DNA from: Mobula hypostoma
Lineage: Eukaryota
DNA length: 64,000 nucleotides
Assembly (NCBI RefSeq): GCF_963921235.1
Contig: NC_086097.1
Span: forward strand, 108,378,001-108,442,000
Direction of reading: 5' to 3'
Within the stretch, counting starts at the first letter, position 1; every line of letters starts with the position of its first letter. The notes under the pieces were generated by a model. That model worked only from the letters and a program-made list of their open reading frames with translations. It searched no databases and was not told the origin of the DNA. Positions 34,596-47,875 of this stretch are shown piece by piece. The position numbers were made by a program, and so were the translations under genes.

Positions 34596-36543
34596 TATCT
34601 GTGCTGGTTCAGGAGCCTGATGATATGTAGGCTAATATCTGTTCCTGTATCTCCTTCCTAGTGGCAGCAGCAAGAAGAGAGTATGGCCTGGATGTTGGGG
34701 GTCTCTAATGCATCTCTGTCTTAAATGAATGACTTCTCATTCTGAAACTATGCCCGCTAGTTTAAGACTAGATTCATGTATGGAGCGGCATGTTTTCAGC
34801 ATCTGCCCTTTCAACACCCATCCCTTCCCTCAAGCAGAAAAGCCTTGTGTATTTCAACAAGAACTCTCATTCTTCCAATCTCCAGAGAGTATCGACAAAA
34901 TAAGAAATCCCATAAGGACAAAATCAAAGTTTATATGTTGCCTTACAAAGTGAATTTCAGCCACATCTGTTTTAAAGAAAACAATATCTGATACCTGATA
35001 TTCTCAAATTAGTATATCCGCACAGTTCAGCACCAGACGAGTCCCATTCTTTGCTGGCTGCACCACTGCCATCAGTATTACCGCCTTTCAGCTTCATCGA
35101 CCTGGGTTTGATTTGCAACTCAGATCCCGTGTTTGGAGTTTGTATGTTCTTCCTGTGACCGCGTGGGTTTCCTCTCTTACTCCAGCGTCTTCCTACATCC
35201 CAAAGACACAATGGTGGGTTAGTGTGCACAGGACAGGTAAGTAGCAAAAGAGTCAAAGGGGAGTTAGTGAGCAAGTTGCGGGTTTACTGGGAGATTAGAG
35301 AGATGACGGGACTGATGGGTTTGCTTGGAGCTGCCTCCGCTGGTGTAATGTACTGCTAATGCACAGGTTGCCTGGTCTGCAGACATGCTGAGTCTTCCTT
35401 GCACTTGTGTCTCGCTGGAAGATGTGGAAATGGACCATAGACCCAGGAAACACTACAGGCAGCCACAAGGACTATATGGGGGAAGATAATTCGCCTGACT
35501 CCTTCATTCTTGGAGTGTCAAAACTACCTGTCATTAGGTCCTGCGGTACTCCAGGAGTAGGTATGTAGGGCAAAGTGATAGCCATCTTAGAAGTGCCTGT
35601 GAGAGGTCCAGGCAGATTGCACTTATAGCAAGAGCCCTGACACCAACAGAAGCTTTATAAAGACCAGGCAAGGCCTCTTTAAATCGTGATGGTGCTGTCT
35701 GCAAAGTGCCTACATTCCTCACCAAGCAAGGTCTCGCACCATGTACTCACCTGTATGAACCATTAATTTAGGGTGCCTGTGTCAGGCTGGCCAAAGAAAA
35801 CTCATCTGGCAGGGCACCTGTCTCTCACAAACAAGATTTTAAGCATTAGGAAGATTTGCAGCACAGTCATTCTCATCTCACTTGCAGGTTTGTTTAAGGG
35901 ATTACTATATTTTATGACTGCTCATAAGTCACTCGCAAGCGCATATCAACTGCAGCACCACATAAATTATTAATGATTTGAAGGAAAAAAAATCTTTGTC
36001 CCACACACAGGAGTCTGATGTGCTCTAACACAGTTCACAGTCTCTGACAACACTTGACTGATTGCCTAATGCTCTTTATTGTCATCACAGTGATCCATTT
36101 CCATGTCTGTGAATGCTGCTCGAGATTAGATGTCCAGCTGCTTTAGTCTTCATGCATATCAACTGCTGACTCCTGAACGAATCTCCTCAATCTCCTCTGA
36201 GGTTGAATACCATCATGGCAGCAGTTCTTTCCATTCGCCCATCTTGCAGGCACTTATCAAATGACACACACACTGTATAAAATTATAGAAATTCATGGCA
36301 TAGAGCGATCACAATAACTAGGCCTCCCTGCTGCTACTACGTAACTGCAGGTTAGAGCTTTCCCTTTGCTCATCCAAGTGTTTTTAGATGCGATGATGAT
36401 TTTTAAAGCAGTGAGTTCCATACCCCTAGCACTGTAAAATGACTTTCATTCAACTATCTTTAGCCTTTTATGCTCCCTGGTTACTTACCACCCTGTTAGA
36501 GCTAGTAACTCCTTACTATTTGGCTTGCCTAGGCCTCTGATAA

Positions 36544-37328
36544 CACTGGACAACAACAATTTTGCTTCCTGAATCCTTCTGGTGTATCTCAATGTATTTT
36601 GGACCGCTGATAATGAAAAACACCATGAAATTTCCCTATCATGCACCATTTTAAAAAAAATCCTATTTCAATTCATAATTCAAGTCAGAATTACTGATGC
36701 CAAGATTAAGGAAGGCATTTCTGTTGGTCTACAAGTCAAACAGGTCATCAATGACAGGCAATTTGAAGAACTTCTGATGAGAGCAGGAAAAATCGCATGG
36801 AAGACTTTCAAGAATGTTGCTGAAAATTTCCTTGACAACTGCAGAGCACCAAGCTGGTTGACAACATGTTTCTAATGTACAAAACCATGAAGTGCAACAT
36901 GTCACTAAAGATTCATTTCCTACATTCCCAGTCAGACTTCTTCCCTACAAGTCTTGCCGTTGTCAGCAACGAGCATGGTGAGAGGTTTCGCCAGGATATT
37001 GCGGTCATGGAGAAACAGTGTCAGAGCTACTGGAATCCATCGGTGCTGGCTGATTATTGTTGGACGTTTAAGTGAGAAGCCTTGGGCACTGAGTACAAAT
37101 GAAAATCAATGACAAAGCATTTTTTAAGCTTAGTTGAACTGTTGCAAAGAGTCAGCACCATTATGTAATTAAACACATTATATTCAATAAAACTTAATTT
37201 CTTTTCTCCAAATTCCTATGTGATACAAGTGGTCTGAAATGATATTTGTGTTCAGCTTCAGGTGGTCTATCATAACAAGAAAATATTTATGAGGAAGCAA
37301 CACTTTTGAAAAAAATTGTTGTCCAGTG
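36544..37328 (+). mobile_element. Chapaev3 (CMC superfamily) internally deleted DNA transposon, TSD TAA
   Basis: TIRs cactggacaaca / tgttgtccagtg with taa on both sides. Transposase C-terminus KIKEGI.VG.Q..., CNMSLKIHFLHS..DFFP..L..VSNEHGERF.QDI..ME.....W...LADYCW. Confidence 0.85.
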
Positions 37329-37344
37329 TAAGTTTCACACTTTA

Positions 37345-38545
37345 ATTAATTCTCCTCCATCTCTTGTTTGAAAGAAAACAACCCCAGAATACACATTCTC
37401 TCTCCTCTTTAACTTCAGTTCTGTAGTTCTGGAACCATCCTTGTAAATCTCTCCTGCAGGCTCTCTAATGCTATTGAATCCTGCCTGGTGTTCAATTACC
37501 ACAGTTAACAGTACTCTAGCAGTGATCTAACTACTCTAGGTCTTGCATGATCTTCCCCAGCCTCACTGTTGTAATTTGTGTCTCTGTCAATAAAGGCAGG
37601 GATCCCATGTACATTCTTACCCACTTGAGCTACATGTCCTGACATCAGTTGACATACACTTCAGATTCTTTGTGCTCTAAAGCTCTTCTGACAACATATG
37701 ATCCACTCCCTTTGCTTTGGCCCCCTTCCCCAAATGAATTACCTCCCATTTCTACAGTGAAATCTGTATGGCCACCTTTGTGTCTAGTCAGGCCATTGAT
37801 CTCTTCCTATGGCCTAGAACCAATTTCCTCACCCCCAGTGATGTTGCCAATTTTGATACTGTCAGACCTTTTAATTATGGGCCCTACGTTTGAATCCGGG
37901 CCAAGTGCAAGGTGTTGCATTCCGGTAAGATAAACCGGGGCAGGACTTGCAAAAGTAAATGGTAGAGCCATGGAGAGTATTGTGGAACAGGAGACCAAGG
38001 CATATGGTTCCCTGAAAGTGGTGTCACAATGTAGACGGAGTAACAAAGAATGCGTTTATCACGCTGGGCTTCATCATTGAGGGCACTGAGTACAGCAGTT
38101 GGGATGTTATGTTACATCTCAACAAGCCGTTAGTGAGACCACACTTTGTAGTTCTGGTTGTCCAGGGAAGAGAAAGATGTCATTAAGCTGGCAAAGATCA
38201 AAGTAGGTTCGTGAACGTGTTTTACAGGGGTTGGAGGGCTTGAATTTAATAGAATAGGCTGGGATCTTTTCCTTGGAGTGCAGAAGGCTGAGGGGTGACC
38301 CTGTGAATAAAATCAAGAGGGGCAGAGGTATGGAGGATGGTCACAGTATTTCCCCAGGGTCCAATTTGTGAGAACATAACTTTAAAGTTAGGGCAAAAAA
38401 TCAAAGAGTAATTTTATTAATAGAGGCTGGTGGGTATATTGAAAGGGTTTCAGGAGATGCAGGAAAATGGGACTAGCTCAGGTAGATGGTTGAGTTGAGC
38501 CAGTGGGGCCTTTTTCAGTGCCGTTTATCTCTATGGTTCTATGAC
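37345..38545. mobile_element. Two decayed CR1 3' fragments (minus at about 37345-37870, plus at about 37890-38545)
   Basis: ORF 37807-38046 ends IKIGNITGGEE; the second fragment ends in a ctctatggttctatg tail. Confidence 0.65.
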
Positions 38546-39356
38546 AGTTTGTATGTACCACAAGCTAAAAGTGGCCTTATTCTGAGCCCTGCGAGGCCTA
38601 TCTGACTACAGCCAATCAGTGAAGTTATTTGTTGATCCTTTGCTTTCTGCTTGTTAACCAGTGTTTAATCCAGCCTCTACTTCATTTGAGATCCTTGGCC
38701 TTTTCTTTTTAATCTGTGTGGGATTTTAGCAAAGGCTTCCTAAGATCCATGTTAAGTACATCAAATGTTGTACTTTCATCAACTCTATTTGCTACCTTTT
38801 CAATATAAATTCAAGGAAGCCAGATCCGAACCTCCCATTACATATTATCCTTGGTGAATTTGTGTCACCCTAGAAGCAGATTTAGGCTGACTGTTGGAAA
38901 TTATTTCAAAAATTTGACTACTCTGAATGTTAGTCTGACTGCCGTGCTTTCAATTCCTCAATCCCTCCCGCTCCCTTTAAACAACAACATCACATTGGCA
39001 ACCTTCCAATTCTCCCAACACCATGTCTGTGTCCAAAGAGCCTCACCACCAGATTCAGGAACGGTTATAACTCTTCAACCATCAGGCTCCTGAACCAGCG
39101 TAGATACCTTAACACTGATCTGATTCCACAACCTATGGATTCACTTTCAAGGACCCTACAACTCATAAACATGAGAAAGTCTGCAGATGCTGGAGATCCA
39201 AAGCAATAGACACAATATGCAGGAGGAACTCAGCAGGTGACTTACCATCTATGGAAATTAATAAACAGTCAACGTTTTGGGCCAAGACTCTTCTTCAGGA
39301 CTGAGAAAGAAGGGGAAGATGCTAGAATAGAAAGGTAGGTGGAGGGAAAGGAGCCT

Positions 39357-40033
39357 CACAACACGCTGGAGGAACTCAGCAGGTCGGGCAGCATCCGTGG
39401 AAACGATGAGTTGACATTTTGGGCCGGAACCCTTCGTCAGGACTGTAGAGGGAAGGGGCAGAGGCCCTATAAAGAAGGTGGGGGAGGGTGGGAAGGAGAA
39501 GGCTGGTAGGTTCCAGGTGAAAAACCAGTAAGGGGAAAGATAAAGGGGTGGGGGAGGGGAAGCAGGGAGGTGATAGGCAGGAAAGGTGAAGAAGGAATAA
39601 GGGAAAACACAATGGGTAGTAGAAAGAGGCGGAACCATGAGGGAGGTGATAGGCAGCTTGGGGGAGGGGGAAGAGTGAAATAGGGATAGAGGAAGGGAGG
39701 GGGAAGGAATTACCGGAAGTTGGAGAATTCTGTTTTCATACCAAGGGGCTGGAGACTACCTAGACGGTATATGAGGTGTTGCTTCTCCAACCTGAGTTTA
39801 GCCTCATCATGGCAGTAGGGGAAGCCGTGTATGGACATATCTGAATGGGAATGGGAAGCAGAGTTGAAGTGGGTGGCTACCGGGAGATCCTGTCTGTTGT
39901 GGTGGACGGAGCGGAGGTGCTCGACGAAGCGGTCCCCCAATCTGCGTTGGGTTTCACCGATGTAGCGGAGACTGCACCGGGAGCACCGGATGCAATAGAT
40001 GGCCCCCACAGACTCGCAAGTGAGGTGTTGGAA
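39357..40033 (-). mobile_element. 5'-truncated Penelope-like element with GIY-YIG endonuclease, 14-bp TSD
   Basis: ORF 39710-40009 IYCIRCSRC...YIGET.RRL..RF.EH.......PVATHFN...H...RLE.QHLI..LGSLQPLG; TSD agggaaaggagcct at 39343-39356 and 40034-40047. Confidence 0.92.
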
Positions 40034-41489
40034 AGGGAAAGGAGCCTACCTGGAAGTTGATAGGTAAACTCTAGTGGGTGGGAAAGGTAAGGATCTGGAG
40101 AAGAAGGAATCACAATTCCTTCCTCAAGTTCTCAGTGTTACTTATATACTTAATTTTTTTTGTTTGTTTGCACTGATAGTCTTTTGCACATTGGTTGGTT
40201 GTCCTCTTTGTGTAGTTTTTCATCAATTTTATCATATTTCTTTGTTCTATTGTGAATGCCTGTAAGAAAATGAATCTCAGGTTAATATATGGTGACACAT
40301 ACGTACAGTACTTTGAAAATAAATTTACTTTAAACCTTGAATAATGTCAGAGCTTCTGCTGTTCCTCCCTTTCTCTTAAAGAGCCTATGATGTGTTGTTT
40401 CTGGACCTCGTATCTTACCCATTTTTGAAAGTAAAAGCACTGTTATTGTGTGATTTCTCCTGTTGTTGCCAATACCTAATATTCCTTGTCCTTAATGTCA
40501 ATGCCTATTAACATAACATTCTGTGATGATTTGGGCCTCTAATTGGACTTGCGCTTGGTAATCATCTTTGCCATGATTATGTCTCTGTTTAGCTGAATAG
40601 CTTGCATATTACAGACATCCCTGTATTAACATGGAACATAGAACGTTACAGCACGGTACAGGCCCTCTAGCTTACAATGTTGTGCTGACCTTTTAACATG
40701 CTCTAAAATTAATCTTATCCTTTCCTCCTACTTAGTCTTCCATCTTCTGTCATCCATGTGCTTATCTATAAGGTCATAAGATCATAAGATATAGGAGCAG
40801 AATTAGGCCATTTGGCCCATCGAGTCTGCTCCACCATTTCATCATGGCTGATCCAATTTTCCTCTCAGCCCTAATCTCCCACCTTCTCACTCTATCCCTT
40901 CATGCCCTGACCAATCAAGAATCTATTAACTTATGCCTTAAATATACATAAAGACTTGGCCTAACATATAACAGTTTAAGAATTCACTCTTACCATCCCA
41001 AGGTATTGCTGCAGAAGTCATTTGACAGCAAAAACAAACTGGAATTAGGTATCATGAACCTTGATCTCCACGACAACAGTGACATTGCATATAATCCTCT
41101 CCCACCACCATCCCCACTTAAAACATGCTGCTTTCTTACTCATCCAGTTCTGATGCAAGATTATCAAAATATTATTTCTGTCTCACTTCCTACAGTTGCT
41201 GCATAACTTGCTAATTATTCCAGCATTTCAATTTTTCGACATTCCCGTACAACATGATAGGAGGAGATGAACTCTATCTAACCTATGCTGGTTCACAGGG
41301 CAATCACATTTGCTCATTAATTCTCTGAACATTCCCATCAATTCCACCACTCACATTACACTTGGGGCAACTTTCTTTCATACAAAATATTGAATATTTC
41401 AGGGTTCCGTTGTTTTACATGCAACAGAGTGCAAGGGGTTAAAGGAGGGATGGCCTCACTAGTCAGGGAGCATTTCACAGTAATACTCT

Positions 41490-41900
41490 GTTAGAACAGA
41501 CTGGAGAACTCATCTAGTGAGGCTTTATGGGTGGAACTGAGAAATAAGGAAGGTATGACCATGTTAATGGGGCTATAATATAGACCACCCAGCAGTCCAA
41601 GGGGTTGAGAGGAACAAATCTGCAGAGAGATCACAGAGTGTTGCAAGAAACATAAGGTTGTTATCGTAGGTGATTTTAACTTTGCACATACTGTATTATC
41701 TGGGTCACCCAAAAGAATTGATGGGATAAAGTTTGTCAAATGTGTCAGGAAAGTTTCCGTAATCAGTACGTGGAAGTCCCAACGAAAGACTGTGCAATAC
41801 TTGATCTGCTATTAGGAAATGAGACAGGGCAGGCAAAAGAAGTTTGTGTAGGGGAACCCTTTGCACCTAATCATCACAATGACATCAAAGTAAATGTACA
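41490..41900 (+). mobile_element. CR1 APE endonuclease fragment
   Basis: Reads LWVELRN...YRPP...VGDFNF...FRNQYV..PT...AILDLLL.N. Confidence 0.8.
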
Positions 41901-44900
41901 AAACTCACCTCATAAGTTTACTTATTTTATTTGTTTTTTTTTATATTGAGGTCCTAATATAACTGCTGGGGGAATAATGTTGGGAAATAAAGATCCTTAT
42001 TTCTACAATCCTTTGTGAAAAGTGCCCCTTGGACAGCCCAATCCTAATTATTCCATCTTGTAAAGTCATTGTTCAAGGTGTCTCAATTGCAAATGATGCA
42101 CTGAGTTCTGAGATTACTACAGAGGATTGCTGAAATGTTATTGATTATATATAAAATTAGATAGGCTGTAAAGGGCTGGTGGGGTCTTGGAACTGAAAAA
42201 TTTGCTCAAGAATCAGAATCAGGTTTATTATCATGTGACGTGAGATTCGTTAAATCAAATGCATACAGCCTCACTGTGGACTTTCTCCAATGCTTAATTG
42301 ATTGTATTATATTATTTCAGCTGGAACTTTACTTAGTTTCCTGTCCCCAGGCATTGATCTCCTCTGTTCCAAATCATACAGTTACTCTTCATGAACACAA
42401 AATAAACCTGAATTCTCCTACCCTTGTTTGCAATTACCTCACTTTCAAACTATTTCTTCACTCACGTTTATTCAATTGGTCACAAGCAATGGCTCGTTCT
42501 GATGAGTATCACCAATATGAAACTCTTCTCTTCACAAATCCTACGTAATTTGCTAATAATAACCAGATTCTTGATTTTAATTCATTTTCTCTCAAAGGTC
42601 CTTCAATGTGCCCTTCCCTCCTCATTTTTGCTATATCACTTTCAATCCCATGACCTATATCTTTCAGTCAGGTTGTCATTTTCCAGCAATAACAAAACGT
42701 CTCTAACTATAGTGTATTACCTCTCCTCAACCTCTCTAATTGTCGTGGTGTAGAATGATTCTCTTATTCCTCCTGTAATGGCCCTCCACTGTTCATGAGT
42801 TCATTTGATTCTCCTTTTACAGGAGATAAAGCACGGTGACAAAAAACTGTCACTGCACTCCCACCACCTCACCACTGGAATTTCTCCATGAATGCATTGC
42901 TGGTCCTTCTTTCTCATCTTGCTGTTATCTCTTGATGTCATTCTAATAAGTCTCAAGATCAGATAGTTCTTTTGCATGTGGATCTCAACAGGTCAAAGTC
43001 TAGAGGCTGTCAGTTCTGACACAAACTCTGTACTTGTGTTACTGGATAGAATCATGTTTGAGCTGGTTTAGGAATCAGAAAGTTGCTCTTACAGAATCCA
43101 CAAAACACTGTCCAAAATTTTAAGTATGGAACACAATTTGCTCTCATAGAATTTACTTGGTGGAGGGAGTAAATAAAGAAATGCAAAATTAATTTATTTT
43201 AATGGTGATGTCTAGTTTCATAACCTCTTTGCAATGCTGATATTACTTGTATAGTTTTTTGTCAGCCACTCCCTTGGCCCCAGGTTCACCCTGCTTTTAC
43301 TTGACTCTTGAGTCTATGCATGAATTCTTTAAGCTAATGTGCATGCACAGACGTGCACGCATGTGTGCATGTAATCTTGTATCCTGTCCCTCCCCCTCAC
43401 ACCCAACCAGCTGGCTGAAGTATTATGGGGATATAAACTTTTCCCAGACAGTTTCTGAAGAAGATGCAGGTTGTGTCAGGACTTCCCAGTTATGTCCAGT
43501 TAAATTTGCCATGGTGTGACATTTGCATTTTGAAAATATTAGACATTGCAATTTGCATTCTGACGTTTGGTGGTGCATGTACACATCATTGTGCTGCATC
43601 ATGGCTGCTGCAGAAGGCAGGACATTGTAGCTGTGCACATTGGTGCTTCAAGGACTTTTATTTTCCCCCGAATCTTCTCTGAGCAATGACGTATCACTAA
43701 CAGGCATGTCTCCAGTGACGTGCTGCACAAATGTTCCATTCCTATAGTATTTCGAAAAACTGAAGCTGTTTGTATTTACAATGACATATTTACTTAGTGG
43801 CCCAGTTATGGTTTCTGGCTTGTTTGTTTTCTCTCCACTGAAATGCAAGCTTCTTAGCAAGGTAGCATTATAAGTATGACTGCAAGTTAATGCCATCCGA
43901 TGGATATGATCGACTTGAAAATTAATGTATGTTCATCAAATCTGTTAACGTGAAAAATTCTTCTAATAGAAAATTGGGACTTTTGATGAGATTCCCATCT
44001 TAATCTCAGCAGGCTGGCCCTGCTGCCAGTTGAATTCACCCATATTCCTGTTGAGTTATGATGTCACTGTCCAAGGCAATCATCAGGCTTTTGTATAGTC
44101 CTAGAGTATATCTTGGCCCTGAGTTTTCTCCCAACAACGACTTATCACTTACAGACACATTTCTGGTCACGTGCTGCAGGGATGTTCAATTCCTGGTAGT
44201 ACTTTAAGATACTGGAGGCGTTCCTATTTATGATGCCATCTTCAGTTGGTTAAGGTTTCTGACTTAATATGTTTTTCTCTCTACTGGCTGTGTAGGAATT
44301 TCGGTAATGCAGGCCTGAAATGTCAGCTGCTTATTCCCCTCTGTAGGGGGAGCTCAGCTAGACCTGCTGAGTTCCTCCAGCATTTCGTGTGTGTTGCTCT
44401 GGATGCTCAGCATCTGCAGAAACTGTTCGACTTGTAGAACACTGTAGCACATGGCAGGCCTTTTGGCTCATCTAGTCCATGCTGAACTATTAATCTGCCT
44501 GATCCCATCGACTTAACAGCCGAACCATAGCCCTCCGTACCCTTGCTGTTCTTGTACTATCCAAGTTTCTCTTAAATGTTGAAATTGAACCCAAATCTAC
44601 AACTTCCGCTGGCTCTTGTGTTAAATGTCCTTTTTTTCCCCACATTGTTGCTATCAAAACGAATCCAAGGTTTTGTTGTTATGTTAAAAATTCATGGTTC
44701 TTGATTAATTACAGTTAAGCTGTTGCATTAATTGAAATGCGTTTCTTATGGTTATCAATGTTTTTTTAAAAAAACAAATAAAATGAAATGTGTTCTACCT
44801 GTTGGTTTCTTGGAGTGGATTGTTGTGAAGGAACAGAAGAGGGAAGGAAACATCTGTGTGAAGTTCGATATCTATGCCTTGAAGTGCAGGAATCCTTGGC

Positions 44901-45718
44901 TTCAGCTTCAGCTTGCTCATTAGTTTTCCAGTCCCTACTCCAACCCTTCAGGCTGTGCTGCAGTAGACAAGCAAATATACTTTGCATCTGAAATAATCTG
45001 CCAGGAGTGTGCAGCTTAAGATCAGAGCATGTCAGAGAGGAGGTGAGGGAGCCCATGGTATGATGGTGCAGAGATTTGGGGAGAGGGGTGAAGCAGGTTG
45101 TTAGCAAGCTTTTCTCATTTCTGTGCATACGTACCACCTCCACATATGACCACCAGGTTGAGTCTGGCCTTCAGCTACTTGTCACTGGAACAAGTTCTCA
45201 CTCTGGTAGTTGGTTGGAAATGGTTACCCCTCATCGCATACAGGCAACTTCCACTTCTCATGAGGTTGACAACCCAGAATGACAGGTCCAGGAGTGACAG
45301 AGCTGATCATTATGCTGCTGTAGCTTGAGTGGTCAGAAGCTTGGTGTGGGTGCTTATTTGGAAAGGGTGGGCAGAATTGTTTAAACGGTGCAAATTTGAA
45401 GAGGCATGCCTTTGTGACGGGCACTCAGTGGCTCAGTGGGCTGGGAGCTTGTGAGATGCTCTTTAAAAAAATTTACAGTGTTCTTGAGAACTTCAATATT
45501 GATCTTCTTGCAGTGTTTCCATTGACACTGTCATGGGATCAGATTGATGGAGGTAAACGAGCAGGTTAAATGTCAGTCCAACAATAACTGATGCATGTCA
45601 CGGACTCAGTTGATGAGCCATAAATGTAATCAGAGAGGTACTGGTGTCTGGATTGACAATATTGCAGAGAGGTCTCATGCTCCTCTCTGATGAAATGGAG
45701 GATTGCGTCTTTTGCAAG

Positions 45719-47230
45719 AAATAGTGGATGCATTAGTGATAATTTTTCAAAACTCTTTAGATTCTGGATTAGTTCCTGAGGATTGGAGGGTGGCTAATGT
45801 AACCCCGCTTTTTAAAAAAGGACGGAGAGAGAAACCGGGGAATTATAGACCGGTTAGCCTGACATCGGTGGTGGGGAAAATGCTAGAGTCAGTTATCAAA
45901 GATGTGATAACAGCACATTTGGAAAGCGGTAAAATCATCGGACAAAGTCAGCATAGATTTGTGAAATGAAAATCATGTATGACGAATCTTAGGGAATTTT
46001 TTGAGGATGTAATTAGTAGAGTGGATAGGGGAGAACCAGTGGATGTGGTATATTTGGATTTTCAAAAGGCTTGACAAGGTCCCACACAGGAGATTAGTGT
46101 GCAAACTTAAAGCACATGGTAATGGGGGTATGGTATTGATGTGGATAGAGAATTGGTTGGCAGACAGGAAGCAAAGAGTGGGAATAAACGGGACCTTTTC
46201 AGAATGGCAGGCAGTGACTAGTGGGGTACCGCAAGGCTCAGTGCTGGGACCCCAGCTGTTTACAATGTATATTAATTACTTAGATGAGGGAATTAAATGC
46301 AGCATCTCCAAGTTTGCGGATGACACGAAGCTGGGTGGCAGTGTTAGCTGTGAGGAGGATGCTAAGAGGATGCAGGGTGACTTGGATAGGTTAGGTGAGT
46401 GGGCAAATTCATGGCAGATGCAATTTAATGTGGATAAATGTGAGGTTATCCACTTTGGTGGCAAGAGCAGGAAAATAGATTATTATCTGAATGGTGGCCG
46501 ATTAAGAAAAGGGGAGGTGCAACGAGACCTGGGTGTCATTGAAAGTGGGCATGCAGGTACAGCAGGCGGTGAAAAAGGTGAATGGTATGCTGGCATTCAT
46601 AGCAAGAGGATTCGAGTACAGGAGCAGGGAGGTTCTACTGCAGTTGTACAGGGCTTTGGTGAGACCAGACCTGGAGTATTGTGTGCAGTTTTGGTCCCCT
46701 AATCTGAGGAAACACATTCTTTCCATAGAGGGAGTACAAAGAAGGTTCACCAGATTGATTCCTGGGATGGCAGGACTTTCATATGATGAAAGACTGGATG
46801 AACTGGGCTTGTACTCGTTGAAATTTAGAAGATTGAGGGGGGATCTGATTGAAACGTATCAAATCCTAAAAGGATTGGACAGGCTAGATGCAGGAAGATT
46901 GTTCCCGATGTTGGGGAAGTCCAGAACGAGGGGTCACAGTTTGAGGATAAAAGGGAAGCTCTTTAGGACCGAGATTAGGAAAAACTTCCTCACACAGAGA
47001 GTGGTGAACCTGTGGAATTCTCTGCCACAGGAAACAGTTGAGGCCAGTTCATTGGCTATATTTAAGAGGGAGTTAGATATGGCCCTTGTGGCTGAAGGGA
47101 TCAGTGGGTATGGAGGGAAGGCTGGTACAGGGTTCTGAGTTGGATGATCAGCCATGATCATACTGAATGGTGGTGCAGGCTCGAAGGGCTGAATGGCCTA
47201 CTCCTGCACCTATTTTCTATGTTTCTATGT
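45719..47230 (+). mobile_element. Young 5'-truncated CR1 LINE (RT to 3' tail), with frameshifts
   Basis: ORFs 45703-45969, 46043-46702 (SGVPQGSVLGP, KFADDTK) and 46533-47138; tail tttctatgtttctatg. Confidence 0.95.
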
Positions 47231-47574
47231 TTTCTCAGACTGTTGTTGTGTCTTCCTTGAGGACGCAGGCCAGTGACTTTTTCAAGTTTGTAACCAAGGA
47301 CTTCTTTTCCAGTGGTACCTTTCAGGTTAGGGGTATATGCAAGTTTGGGACGTAACCACGACATGCTCTTTAGAAAAAAAAACTATGGTTCACTCATCCC
47401 ACCAAGAGGGCTGCTAAGATACCAGGCAGTTTTATATTGCCAGCAAAATTTACTTCAGGAAGACACCTTGCCTCTTGCTTTGCCTTCGAGGAAAACACAT
47501 ACCCATAGCTGCAATCCTCAGTACAGTTGCCTCAAAACCGGAAGCTGTGGTTAATACCAAGTAGAACTTTGAAA

Positions 47575-47875
47575 GTAACACACACAAAATACTGGAGGAA
47601 CTCAGCAGACCAGACAGCATCTATGGAAAAGAGTTAACAGTTGACATTTTGGGTCAAGACTCTTCATCAGTACTAACGTTGAAGGGATGATTTAAACTTC
47701 TTCAGGGTAGGTTGACTTCACAGTAGTAGTAGTATCACGAACATGAGAAAATCTGCAGATGCTGGAAATCCAAAGCAACACACACAGAGTGCTGGAGGAA
47801 GTCAGCAGGCCAGGCAGCTTCTATGAAAGAAAGTACACGGTCAACGTTTCAGGCCAAGACCCTTCTTCAGGACTT
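47575..47875 (-). mobile_element. Two tandem Penelope-like pLTR ends
   Basis: Repeated aacacacacaaaatactggaggaactcagcag...caagac(c)cttc(a/t)tcag. Confidence 0.75.

Noticed and set aside
39405..39445. Active hammerheads in other pLTR copies (also about 190, 9285, 33800, 47830, 61306)
   Set aside because: Core or cleavage-site substitutions (e.g. GAAA to AAAA or GAAG, GUC to GUU with broken stems) make activity unlikely.
45029..45048. ATG plus AG|gtgagg donor as an alternative first exon
   Set aside because: It would be phase 2, out of frame with the phase-0 acceptor at 54576, and has no other support.
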